Assembly (NCBI RefSeq): GCF_001194135.2
Contig: NC_068996.1
Location: 53,353,239 to 53,417,238, forward strand
Direction: 5' to 3'
Origin: Octopus bimaculoides
Taxonomy: Eukaryota
Length of the DNA: 64,000 nucleotides
The notes beneath the pieces were generated by a model, which made no database searches, was not told where the DNA came from, and saw nothing but the letters and a program-made list of their open reading frames with translations. Within the stretch, counting starts at the first letter, position 1, and every line of letters starts with the position of its first letter. Both the position numbers and the translations under genes were made by a program. Shown piece by piece: positions 10,590 through 20,937 of this stretch.

Positions 10590-11752
10590 TTTTTCAACAA
10601 CAGTTTTAACAACTCAGCCAATAATATATTCTCCTTCATTCTTCATGACTTTTTGCCAATGTTCCACTAGCTTATCAGTATCTTGACAGAAGGAATTACT
10701 GGGTCATGACTCAAAGAATTGATGAAGTCATGTTTTCAGTTCCATGTTATTGTTGATTGAAATGTCTTACAATTTGTTGAGGAATGTCTGAAAAATATGG
10801 TAATCTGAAAGTGCTATATTAAGAAGATACTGTGAGTGTAGTGGCGTTCTTGAATAGCATTTTTTGTCAAATTAGTAACAAGCATTGTCATACAGTTCTA
10901 TATTTAAGAGATGAGGAATTATGTACATTATTTACATTATTTACATTTGACGGATATTTGTCCTCCTCTTGTTTGTTGTTAACTAGCTTATCAATACCTT
11001 GAGAGGAGGAGTTGTTTATTGTTAAGAAACAAGATGAGGACAAATATCTGTCAAATGTAAATAATGTAAAAGCATTGTCATGTTGAAGAAGCATGCAATG
11101 TTGCAGGTTGGGTCATTTCAGCTGGATTACTTATTGAATAAAGGTGATAGGTAGTGGTATCATGAAAGCATCCCATCTACTGAGCCATTTCTTTAATGGA
11201 TTGGTACGGGTCCACGTGGATGAAATGATTCGATCCATTCTCATCGAACTGGACAGGTCAGTCATAATGCGGAGAGTCTGTGAGTTTGAATTTCCTCTTC
11301 ATGAAACATGGAAACCATTCCAGTGCAGATCTTTCAGTTATCTATCTATCTAGGTCATCCCACAGGACACCCCTAATATTCCTAGGACCACATGGAGCAG
11401 TGCCCTGTGACTCCTATGTGCAACTGAAACCCCCTATAACCCCTCTCAGTTATAATACCCTCTTTATACACGACACAGATGTCATGAGTGGCTTTGGTGA
11501 TTTTGGAACCGAGACTGTAAACGTAGAGATGCAGGTGTTGAAAAGATTCTTCTTGGCACTCCATCATCATCGTCTCAAAAGATATGAAATGAATTCAAAT
11601 TTCAAAGATGATAAACAAAAATTGCAGGGGAAAAAATAGAGCTACAAAAAAGAAAAAAGATAGAAACATAAAGCACAACAATAAAAATATTTTTCATGTT
11701 AATTCAATTAACATTTGGAAGAAACGAATGAATTTATTTGGCAACCCAATAT
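10590..11752 (-). mobile_element. Decayed Mos1-like mariner element(s), interrupted by a Penelope-like insertion
   Basis: TIR-like TATTGGGTTGCCAAATAAA at about 11733-11751. N-terminus MECQEESFQHLHLYVYSLGSKITKATHDICVVYKEGIITER; second HTH segment KFKLTDSPH..PVQFDE..HVDPYQSIKEMAQ; LLQHDNA; C-terminus DYHIF...KLVEHWQKVMKNEGEYII. Confidence 0.8.
10892..11069. mobile_element. Self-inverted Penelope-like insertion with 12-bp TSD (aagcattgtcat)
   Basis: TSD at 10880-10891 and 11070-11081. 41-bp inverted arms at 10933-10973 and 11028-11068 with 2 mismatches. Confidence 0.7.
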
Positions 11753-11824
11753 CTGAGGTGGTCAGAATGTATAATTAAATAATTAAGCTTAAACTAATTA
11801 TAAACAATACAACTGCTAATGCAT

Positions 11825-12160
11825 CTCAGTCAGCACTGGCAGATGAACAGAAGGATCACTATTATGAGGTCTTTGTATGTGCTACTCCCATAACAAACGG
11901 CAGTAACTGCATTACTACACCTGGAAATCTTAATAGACATGTTGGAAGACAACAGGAGAATTTCTTTGGAGACTATGGTTACAGTATGAGTAGTGAGGAA
12001 GGCTCCTGGTGTTCTGTGAAGCAAGTTAATTGCCAGTCATATGACCACCTCTCAATCAAGTGAACAGATAGATTTTACTCACACCAGATGAAGAGATAAA
12101 CAGATAGCTATAAATGCTAAGTACTTTCTTAGTGAGAGATGTACTAACAAAAATTGATTA
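11825..12160 (+). mobile_element. RTE LINE apurinic endonuclease remnant
   Basis: SALADEQKDHYYEVF...GNLNRHVG (GDFNGHVG-like) ... EQIDF...RDKQIAINAKYFLSERCT. Confidence 0.6.
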
Positions 12161-13571
12161 ATGACTAATAGCTTTAATTTTCTCCTGTGACGTTTCCTTC
12201 TGCTGTCCCTCCTGCTTAGTTTGACACTGTTGGCTCCCTATCAACCCACTCTCCTCACCATACCACAAACATGTACCTGCCTTTTGTGTTTCTCTCCCAT
12301 CATGATGCCTAAGTAGTCACGGATTGCAGTAGATCTATTTACTCCCCATTTACCATCCTGTGCCACCTGCCATCCCTTCCTCATCTCCAGAACACCCTTG
12401 TTGATATTCATCACTCCCTTTCCATCACCTGCACTCTCTTTTTTCTTAACAGATAACATTATTACCCACTTCTATTCTATTAGCTACAACTCTCTCTTTG
12501 CCTAACTCTAACCCTGACCCTACTCATTTCTGACATCCATTCACACCCTCTTATCACTGACCATTTCTATAAGTACCTAAATTCACACTCTCTTTCCCTC
12601 TCTTTTACCAGTAGATGAATAACTGCCAGTAGTAGCACTAGATTTATAGTGGGGTAAAGGGGATGATTGCCTCGGGCCACCCTCAATATCAGGAAGTGGG
12701 GCTACTACGAAGAGTATGGAGCACTTCATGGAGGGAGGCCCCCACCGCCAAGCAATCTTGCATGAAGAGGATCTCTTTCAACATACAAACATATCTTGAC
12801 TTAAAGAATGTAATGGATTCTCCATTTGAGTGTTGGGCTTCATGGAAGCAAAGTGGCTGAATTCCTTTTGAGTGTTGGGCCTCTTGAAGGCAATGAGAGA
12901 CTTTTGGAATTACATTGTGCTTGAGAAGAAGACCCATCAAACCAAGCAAAATCACAGTCACGGCAGATACTGGTGTCACACAAATGGCACCCATGCCGGT
13001 GGCATGTAAAAGCACTCATTACACTCTAGTTGATTTTAGGAAGGGCATCCAGCCATAGAAATCATGCCAAATCAGACTGGAGTCTGGTGCAGCCTTCCAA
13101 CATGCCAGCTCTGGTCAAATTGTCCAACCCATGTCAGCATGTACAATGGACGATGATGATGATGATGATGATGATAACCATAAATTTCTCCATGATACTG
13201 ACACCAATTTATTCAATTACAAAAAATAGTTTGCTACCCAATCCCCAAAGCAGCTACAATTAATTCACAAGGGAATTGTAGCTGCTTGTAGAGCGATGAC
13301 AGAAAAACGGAAAACAACAAATGTGTGTGTGTGTATGTGCGTGTGTGTGTGTGTGTGTGCGTGTGTGTGTGTGTGTGTGTGTGCACATGTGTATGTATGT
13401 CATTGTTCAGTTTTATTTCAAGATTTCTTGCCAATAGAGAAAGAACCGGTTTCCAGCCTAGATCCAAGGCGCCTTCATTGGAATTTCAACATCAACAACA
13501 GGGTATTTTTGTTTGTATGTATGTATGTATGTATGTATGTATGCATGCAGATTTGTATGTCTTATATATGT

Positions 13572-14090
13572 ATACAAAGGCAAAGGTGACGCTTTAGATA
13601 CAAATAATTACAGAGGCATCAAGCTGTTAGATCAGGTTATGAAAGTTACGGAGAGGGTCATAGCCCAACTAATTAGGGAGCAAATCAATTTAGATGAGAT
13701 ACAGTTTGAGGTGGTGAGGCAAGACCTTCAAACATTGGGCCTCACCGAGGCGATGACTACTGACCGAGACCTTTGGAAATGTGCTGTGCGTGAGAAGATC
13801 CGGCAAGCCAAGTGAGATTGTTGCCAGTGCCCCTGGACTGTCTCTTGTGCGGGTGGTNNNNNNNNNNNNNNNNNNNNNNNNNNNNNNNNNNNNNNNNNNN
13901 NNNNNNNNNNNNNNNNNNNNNNNNNNNNNNNNNNNNNNNNNNNNNNNNNNNNNNNNNNNNNNNNNNNNNNNNNNNNNNNNNNNNNNNNGGAGCCTGGTGT
14001 TGCCATCCGGTTTCACCAGTCCTCAGTCAAATCGTCCAACCCATGCTAGCATGGAAAGCGGACGTTAAACGATGATGATGATGATGATAT
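13572..14090 (+). mobile_element. Internally deleted RTE LINE: RT N-terminus fused in frame to the ORF C-terminus, plus 3'UTR and (GAT)n tail
   Basis: YKGKGDALDTNNYRGIKLLDQVMKVTERVIAQLIREQINLDEIQF|EVVRQDLQTLGLTEAMTTDRDLWKCAVREK; junction at about 13707. Confidence 0.85.
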
Positions 14091-14099
14091 ACATATATA

Positions 14100-14262
14100 C
14101 GATGGGCTTCTTTTAGTTTCCGTCTACCAAATCCACTCACAAGGCTTTGGTCGGCCCGAGGCTATAGTAGAAGACACTTGCCCAAGGTGTCACGCAGTGG
14201 GAATGAACCTAGAACCATGTGGTTGGTAAGCAAGCTACTTACCACATAGCCACTCGTGCGCC
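14100..14262 (-). mobile_element. Young CORE-type SINE family A
   Basis: Close to the family consensus with CpGs retained; head reads ggcgcacgagtggctatgtggtaagtagc on the minus strand. Confidence 0.8.
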
Positions 14263-15576
14263 TAATTAGATAATTTTCAATTAAAAAAAATGACGTCTAA
14301 ATTGGGGAAAAATGAATGAATAATTTCAATAATTTCTCCTCTTTAATTGCATTCTGTGGAAATATATAGTGAAGAGACATACCAGCAGATCATGAAGAAG
14401 TACGAGAGAATATTTTATGTTGGGTTTTTAGATTTTAACTGAGTTTCATTAATTTCATGTCATGTGCCATTTTTCCATGACCTCCTTTAATTTGACCTAA
14501 ATATTTAAAATTTTTGTAGATGGATATTGACAAGTATGGCTCTTTTATCAAATGTAATTCTGGAGAGTTAAAGAGGCAAATTTGCCCATTTTGTCCCATC
14601 TAAATTTTCTTTTATATTCTCAAAGAGAACAGAGATAATTTTCTGAAATAATGGTCTGAAATGTTATTGTGTTTTTAAGGCTCTTAGAGATCATTTGCTT
14701 GGGTGATACAGTTTTTGTAAAGTAGTTAACATTTGTAAAAAAAAAAACAATAAATATTACTCATTGTACCCCACCAACTCCTACTGGAAACTGAAAAAGT
14801 GGACTTTCGGAATAGCTGTCCATTACAAGTTGGAATGTTCCTGTTTTTGTTGAGATTTTCCGCTCTTTTTTCAAGCATTATAAAACAATGCAGAGAAGCA
14901 TTTTTAAAACAAGAATTTTAAAAATCCATATTTTTTAAATGTTTGTCTCCCCACCCCCACCCCCCACCATACATTGTGCCTTTCGAACAGCGATGACNNN
15001 NNNNNNNCCCCACCAACTCCTACTGGAAACTGAAAAAGTGGACTTTCGGAATAGCTGTCCATTACAAGTTGGAATGTTCCTGTTTTTGTTGAGATTTTCC
15101 GCTCTTTTTTCAAGCATTATAAAACAATGCAGAGAAGCATTTTTAAAACAAGAATTTTAAAAATCCATATTTTTTAAATGTTTGTCTCCCCACCCCCACC
15201 CCCCACCATACATTGTGCCTTTCGAACAGCGATGACCACTAAGATGGTATATTTTTCTTTTCCGTTATATTCCGTTATTTTATTGTATTCCACATTCCGA
15301 AGAGTGTATCTATAAAGTGACATTTCCAGTGGTTTATTTAAACTTTTTCTACTAACTCATCAAATTCAATTACATGCCATACATGGGTTTTGAGATTTAA
15401 ATTTCGTAATTTTCCAAGATTTTAATTTTTGTATACAAGGGGCTCCAAAACTCAAAGTGCCCCAGGCCCCCATAGTTTAAATCCAGTCCTGGCCATTAGT
15501 ATATCTCTCTTTCATTACCCTATGCTATTGCTGTCTCTCTCTTTGTCTTAGCATGTGGTTGTAAGTATATACTTGC

Positions 15577-15686
15577 CTCTCTTGAAAAATCCAAAGAAGC
15601 AGAAATCTGGATTTAGCAATGGCACCATGGCTGCTTGATGAGTTTCATTTGCCATTGATGTGCCTGTGTTTTTTAGCACTATACAT
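15577..15686 (-). other. Candidate 110-nt exon (CIVLKNTGTSMANETHQAAMVPLLNPDFCFFGFFKR) with a GC donor
   Basis: Acceptor gtcttttAG and donor AG|GCAAGT. Only one frame is open and it is phase-compatible with the 48-nt exon. No recognised homologue. Confidence 0.3.
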
Positions 15687-16329
15687 CTAAAAGACATGCT
15701 ATTTCGAAATGTATACCACAGTTTATCAAACTTTCACTGATGTATCTGCTTTAAGTATGCTAGACAGATTGTTATTTTGAACTAATACTGCTGCTGTTAC
15801 TCATAATGAATACATGTGTATATGTATGTGTGTGTGTGGCTGTTTTTTTTTTAAGCCTGGTACTTATTCTGTTGACCACTTTTACCAAAACACTGTTACA
15901 GAGATATAAACATGTCAACACTTGTCAAGCAGGGGAAGGGGAGGGCGGAGCGCAAACAAACAGACAGACAGACAGACACACGAACGCACACACACACACA
16001 CATATGTAGTACATATATATAAGCAAATTAACTAGTTAGAAAATTTCTCAGTACGTGGCGATAAACATTACAGCTATATATTTATATATATATATATGTG
16101 TGTGTATGTGTGTGTATATATATATATATATTTGTATGTATATAGAAAAAATATATACACATGTTTATGTATGTATGTAAAAAAATGCAAACTAAGCTTA
16201 TGCACCACATAGCTAGATGGGCTTAGAAGAAAAGTCGTAGTATTTAATTATTATTATTATTATCATTAAAATATCAATATTACATTAATACACATGTACA
16301 TTTTAATCGGCAAATTTATCACGTACCTC

Positions 16330-16920
16330 AAGGGTGTACCCTGGCACTTGCCACCATCTATATCACTCTCTGCCTTTATTCAACCATCCCATTTATATTC
16401 TGATCCCTGTCCCTTGTGAGTATACTCAACACTTTGCCACCATCTCCCACACTCTCTCTCTCTCCTCCTGCACTTCCCTCAGGTTAGGTAACCATGTATC
16501 TCCTTTGTGGCAGCACACCTGTTTCTGTCTCCATTCCTGGTCTTTTTCTCTCTCCAGCCAGGTAACCTTGTACTTCCTCTACAGCAAGACACCTGTTTCT
16601 GTCTCTCTGTCTCACTATAACCTTTCATCATCACCTCCTCCAATGCCCCCTCCCCTCTCAAAAGATCTTTGTCTTGCAAGTTACTTGGTGACCCTGTCAG
16701 TGCAGGTGCCACTTAAAAAGCATCCTATCAACACTGTAAAGTGGCTGGCATTTGGAAGGGCATCCAAATCTAAAACCCTTGCCAAAGCTGACCTGACTTG
16801 TGCTTGTGCCACGTAAAAAGTACTAAGTCCACTCTGCTGAATGGTTGGTGTTAGGAAGGGCATCCAGCTGTAAAGATCCTGCCAAAACAGTCACAAAAGT
16901 CTGGTGCAGGATGATGCACC
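16330..16920 (+). mobile_element. RTE LINE 3'UTR copy
   Basis: Homologous to 2645-3835, 57590-58385 and the reverse complement of 60975-61400. Confidence 0.7.
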
Positions 16921-17501
16921 CTATATATANNNNNNNNNNNNNNNNNNNNNNNNNNNNNNNNNNNNNNNNNNNNNNNNNNNNNNNNNNNNNNNNNNNNNNN
17001 NNNNNNNNNNNNNNNNNNNNNNNNNNNNNNNNNNNNNNNNNNNNNNNNNNNNNNNNNNNNNNNNNNNNNNNNNNNNNNNNNNNNNNNNNNNNNNNNNNNN
17101 NNNNNNNNNNNNNNNNNNNNNNNNNNNNNNNNNNNNNNNNNNNNNNNNNNNNNNNNNNNNNNNNNNNNNNNNNNNNNNNNNNNNNNNNNNNNNNNNNNNN
17201 NNNNNNNNNNNNNNNNNNNNNNNNNNNNNNNNNNNNNNNNNNNNNNNNNNNNNNNNNNNNNNNNNNNNNNNNNNNNNNNNNNNNNNNNNNNNNNNNNNNN
17301 NNNNNNNNNNNNNNNNNNNNNNNNNNNNNNNNNNNNNNNNNNNNNNNNNNNNNNNNNNNNNNNNNNNNNNNNNNNNNNNNNNNNNNNNNNNNNNNNNNNN
17401 NNNNNNNNNNNNNNNNNNNNNNNNNNNNNNNNNNNNNNNNNNNNNNNNNNNNNNNNATATATATATAAAAAAATATATATATATATAAATATATATACAT
17501 A

Positions 17502-17626
17502 CTTTATTTAAAAGCAGCAGAAATATAACAAAAGACTGTTACTTGGAGTTTCACGTTCCCAATGAACGGAAACATGAAACTCCGAGTAACAGTCTTTTGT
17601 TATATTTCTGCTGCTTTTAAATAAAG
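17502..17626. repeat. Near-perfect 52-bp inverted repeat (hairpin) with 21-nt loop
   Basis: Arms at 17502-17553 and 17575-17626 with one T/C difference. Confidence 0.9.
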
Positions 17627-17695
17627 CATATTACTCTACCTCTGGTATTTGAGTACTCTTTTTTCCACCTTGTTGCACATTTTATGTGCTTACTC

Positions 17696-17740
<45 letters not shown>

Positions 17741-17928
17741 CACACACATACATATGTATGTATGCATATATATGTATATATCATCATCATCATCATTGTT
17801 TAACATCTGCCTTCCATGCTGGCAAGGCTGGGACATGCATGTATGTATGTATATGTGTGTATATGTGTATATTTAAAAAAAAACATTAAAAGTCAGCTTG
17901 AATCTTGATTGCTTGCTTGCAATGTTAC

Positions 17929-17976
17929 CCAGCCAAACTGGCGCATAAAGGGAAAATACTATGAATTAAGTTTCCC
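17929..17976 (-). other. Candidate 48-nt exon of an unidentified minus-strand gene
   Basis: Very strong acceptor tttgttttattctgtttgtatttacatttCAG and donor gg|GTAACA. One frame is open (GNLIHSIFPLCASLA). Confidence 0.4.
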
Positions 17977-18134
17977 CTGAAATGTAAATACAAACAGAAT
18001 AAAACAAATTTCGCGTAAACCAGACAAGTGGTTGTAGAGATATTAGGTGTTTGTGGGGTATATATACTCAAAATAGTGCATAATGGGAAAATATTCTGAA
18101 AATAATTTAATCCTGAAAGGGGAGAAACTCTTAC

Positions 18135-18155
18135 CTTTTGATTAGACACAGTAAT
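18135..18155 (-). other. Candidate 21-nt micro-exon of an unidentified minus-strand gene
   Basis: Minus strand reads cctattttttcgttgtCAG|attactgtgtctaatcaaaag|GTAAGA. Confidence 0.4.
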
Positions 18156-18657
18156 CTGACAACGAAAAAATAGGATTTGTTTTTTACAGTAAATGTTTCT
18201 ATATTCGCTTTTGTTAAACACAATATTTTAATCATTTAGAAATATTTTTAATTGAATGTGATTTCAAAAATGTAAGTTGTTTGTACAGTAAGTATTTATA
18301 TTTTAGCTTTCTTTAAACACACAATATTTTAATGTTTTTAAGGTTTTTTTCGAGTACATTCAACATATCTCACCTCCAAAGATTTGGCTGCTATTTCTAG
18401 CCCACCCTACGACCATGTAACAGCCATTTGCGATAAAGGACCCGAAATACGTTATGTGGTAGCAGGGTGTGCAAGAAATAGCAGCCAAATCTTTCCTTTC
18501 TGGGGAAAGGAGGTGTTTACTCGCGATTTTGATGTCACATTTGTTGAAAGCATGGGACATAACCTGGAAAAGAGAAAACCCCCCACAAAACAAAACTCTG
18601 TTGCTGGTAAACTCAGACTTTCCTGTGGACCCAACAGGTCACAGGTAGTCTAATATA

Positions 18658-18692
<35 letters not shown>

Positions 18693-18702
18693 NNNNNNNN
18701 NN

Positions 18703-18734
<32 letters not shown>

Positions 18735-18749
18735 CATGCTTATATGTTT

Positions 18750-19150
18750 CTTCTGCAGCAGGACACCTGTTTCTATCCCTGTCACACTCTAATTTTTCAT
18801 CACCTGGCACAAGGCCACCTCCTCCAATGCCCCTCCCTTCTCAAAGGATCTTTGTCGTGCACATTGCTTGTTGACCCCGCCATTGCTGGTGTATCCAGCT
18901 ACACTGTAAAGTCCTTGAGTGTTTGGAAGGGCATCCAGTAGTAAAAACCATACCAAAACAGGCCTCACTAGTGCTGGTGCAATGTAAAAAGCACTCATTC
19001 CACTCTGTAAAGTGGTTGGTATTATGAAGGGCCGTAAAAACCCTGCCAAAACAGACAGTGAATCCTAGCTCAGTCATCTGCCTTACTAGCTCTTAACAAA
19101 CTGTCCAACTCATGCCAGCATGGAAAATGGACATTAAATGATGATGATGA
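18750..19150 (+). mobile_element. RTE 3'UTR terminus with (GAT)n tail
   Basis: gacacctgtttctatccctgtcacactct ... ggaagggcatccag ... ccaactcatgccagcatggaa. Confidence 0.7.
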
Positions 19151-19433
19151 TGGTATATATATATATATATATTTATATATCAGAGGTATGGTTTTTACTA
19201 CTGGATGCCCTTCCAAACACCCAAGGACTTTACAGTGTAGCTGGATACACCAGCAATGGCGGGGTCAACAAGCAATGTGCACTGCCCATCCATCGAAAAT
19301 GGCAAATTCATTATAAATACGAACACCTTATTCATTGATTTAATAACAAATCTTTTGTTATACCCCTGCCTGAAATTTGGTGGCATTAGGGGTGTAGCAA
19401 CACACCTAGTACAACAACCACTACCATATACCA

Positions 19434-19472
<39 letters not shown>

Positions 19473-20545
19473 TGGGGAGGCTGGTTTATGGGATTATCCT
19501 GGGTTCCCCGTCCATAAAGGATTTAGCTTTATGGCGTATCGTCTATCCTGACACTTTCTTTTTATTTAGTATTTTTCCACTGATGTCCATCTAATATCCA
19601 TGTTTTTGTTTCAAAACAACATGAACTCAGAATCGGCAAAAAATTAACATAAAGAAAGTGTTTTTGTTTTGTTTTGTTTTTGTAAATTAGAGGCTGATCA
19701 TTGTTTGTTGATTTCCAAATGCCGTACTTTTTCTTTCTTTTTTCATATACAAATATATTTCGTATGCATTTGAAGTGTATAAATATATTTTGCTCGCATA
19801 AGAAAACGTTACATGCTTCTCTTTCTGAAAATTCAGAAATTCTGCTTACCCTAACTCTTAGTTCCAATTTATTGAGAATGAAAATGTAACCATAAATGCG
19901 AGCAAAATACATATTCTTCAAATGTAAATAAAATATATTTATATACACGAAAATATATATATATATACTGAAGCTGTAAATCCCGTACCCTAATTAGTTT
20001 CTGATTTATATATAAAAAAAAATTTGTTAATTAAAAAGAGATCTACAAATTTTGAATCTTTGTTGTATCCGAGGGGGTTAATAAAACTACACTAAAACGA
20101 ACTTTAAAATCAATATCGAATTAAAATCAATATCGACGTAATGTACATGCATTCATGTTTATATATCAGTATTTGTTCCTTCTTATTCTTTCAATGGTCA
20201 GTGATGGTTTTCCGCGGACGTAAGTGGACGGTCATCATTTCCATGCCTCCTCCTCCCCCTCGCTCTCATTATCTCTCACTCTCTCTCTCTCTCCTCCTCT
20301 CCCTCTCTCTTTCTCTCCATTGGAGGCTGAGGTTACGCCTTTGTTACACCCTATATCTACCCGTTATTTCTTATGCCCCTCAATATTCTAAGAGTTGCCT
20401 TGAGGAACCCGATGACCACGGGAAACTGAATGTCGACTGAATAAAGTCTATTAACAGTATATCATTTATGTGTTGGTGTATGTAATGTACATTGAAAAAC
20501 AAAAAATTAATGAGCATCATAATGAACGTTAATAGAGAACCGGGT

Positions 20546-20627
<82 letters not shown>

Positions 20628-20908
20628 GAACTAACACATTCATTGTTGTTTAAGCCCCAAATTAGCTCTGATCGAACAGACATATGATTAAAGGCATTCC
20701 CGTCTAGATCCTCTCATTTCCCTTATATATAAACTTATAATGTATCCTGGACTACATTATCTAACACGTCCTTCCTTTTTTCCTAGATAGGTTATGGTGT
20801 AACCAGAAAGAGATTTTTGGCTGTTATTTTTAGCATGTCGATCGACCAGTTAGAGGTCGGTTATTTCGCGAAGTCATGAGTAGTTTGCGTTCCGTGACTC
20901 TGAGCCTT

Positions 20909-20937
20909 GTCACATGATTAACATATGACGTCACGTG
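20909..20937. promoter_or_regulatory. Cluster of bHLH-ZIP/bZIP sites: GTCACATGA (M-box-like) and TGACGTCACGTG (CRE overlapping a CLEAR-like GTCACGTG E-box)
   Basis: The motifs are read directly from the sequence; function is inferred. Confidence 0.4.

Noticed and set aside
11490-11580. Apparent minus-strand terminal exon (DDDGVPRRIFSTPASLRLQSRF*) and + ORF 11280-11639
   Set aside because: The region is the mariner N-terminus in another frame, downstream of its TIR.
13248-13287. Short perfect hairpins (14 bp here; 15 bp at 22200-22243)
   Set aside because: They are too short and isolated to separate from chance or tiny transposon footprints.
14769-15236. 229-bp perfect direct repeat
   Set aside because: The two identical copies flank a 10-N spacer, the typical signature of an unmerged contig overlap. 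The same applies to the short duplication around 2235-2244.
15577-15600. GFFKR, the integrin-alpha cytoplasmic motif
   Set aside because: It is not preceded by a transmembrane helix or the usual K/W context, so it is probably coincidental.
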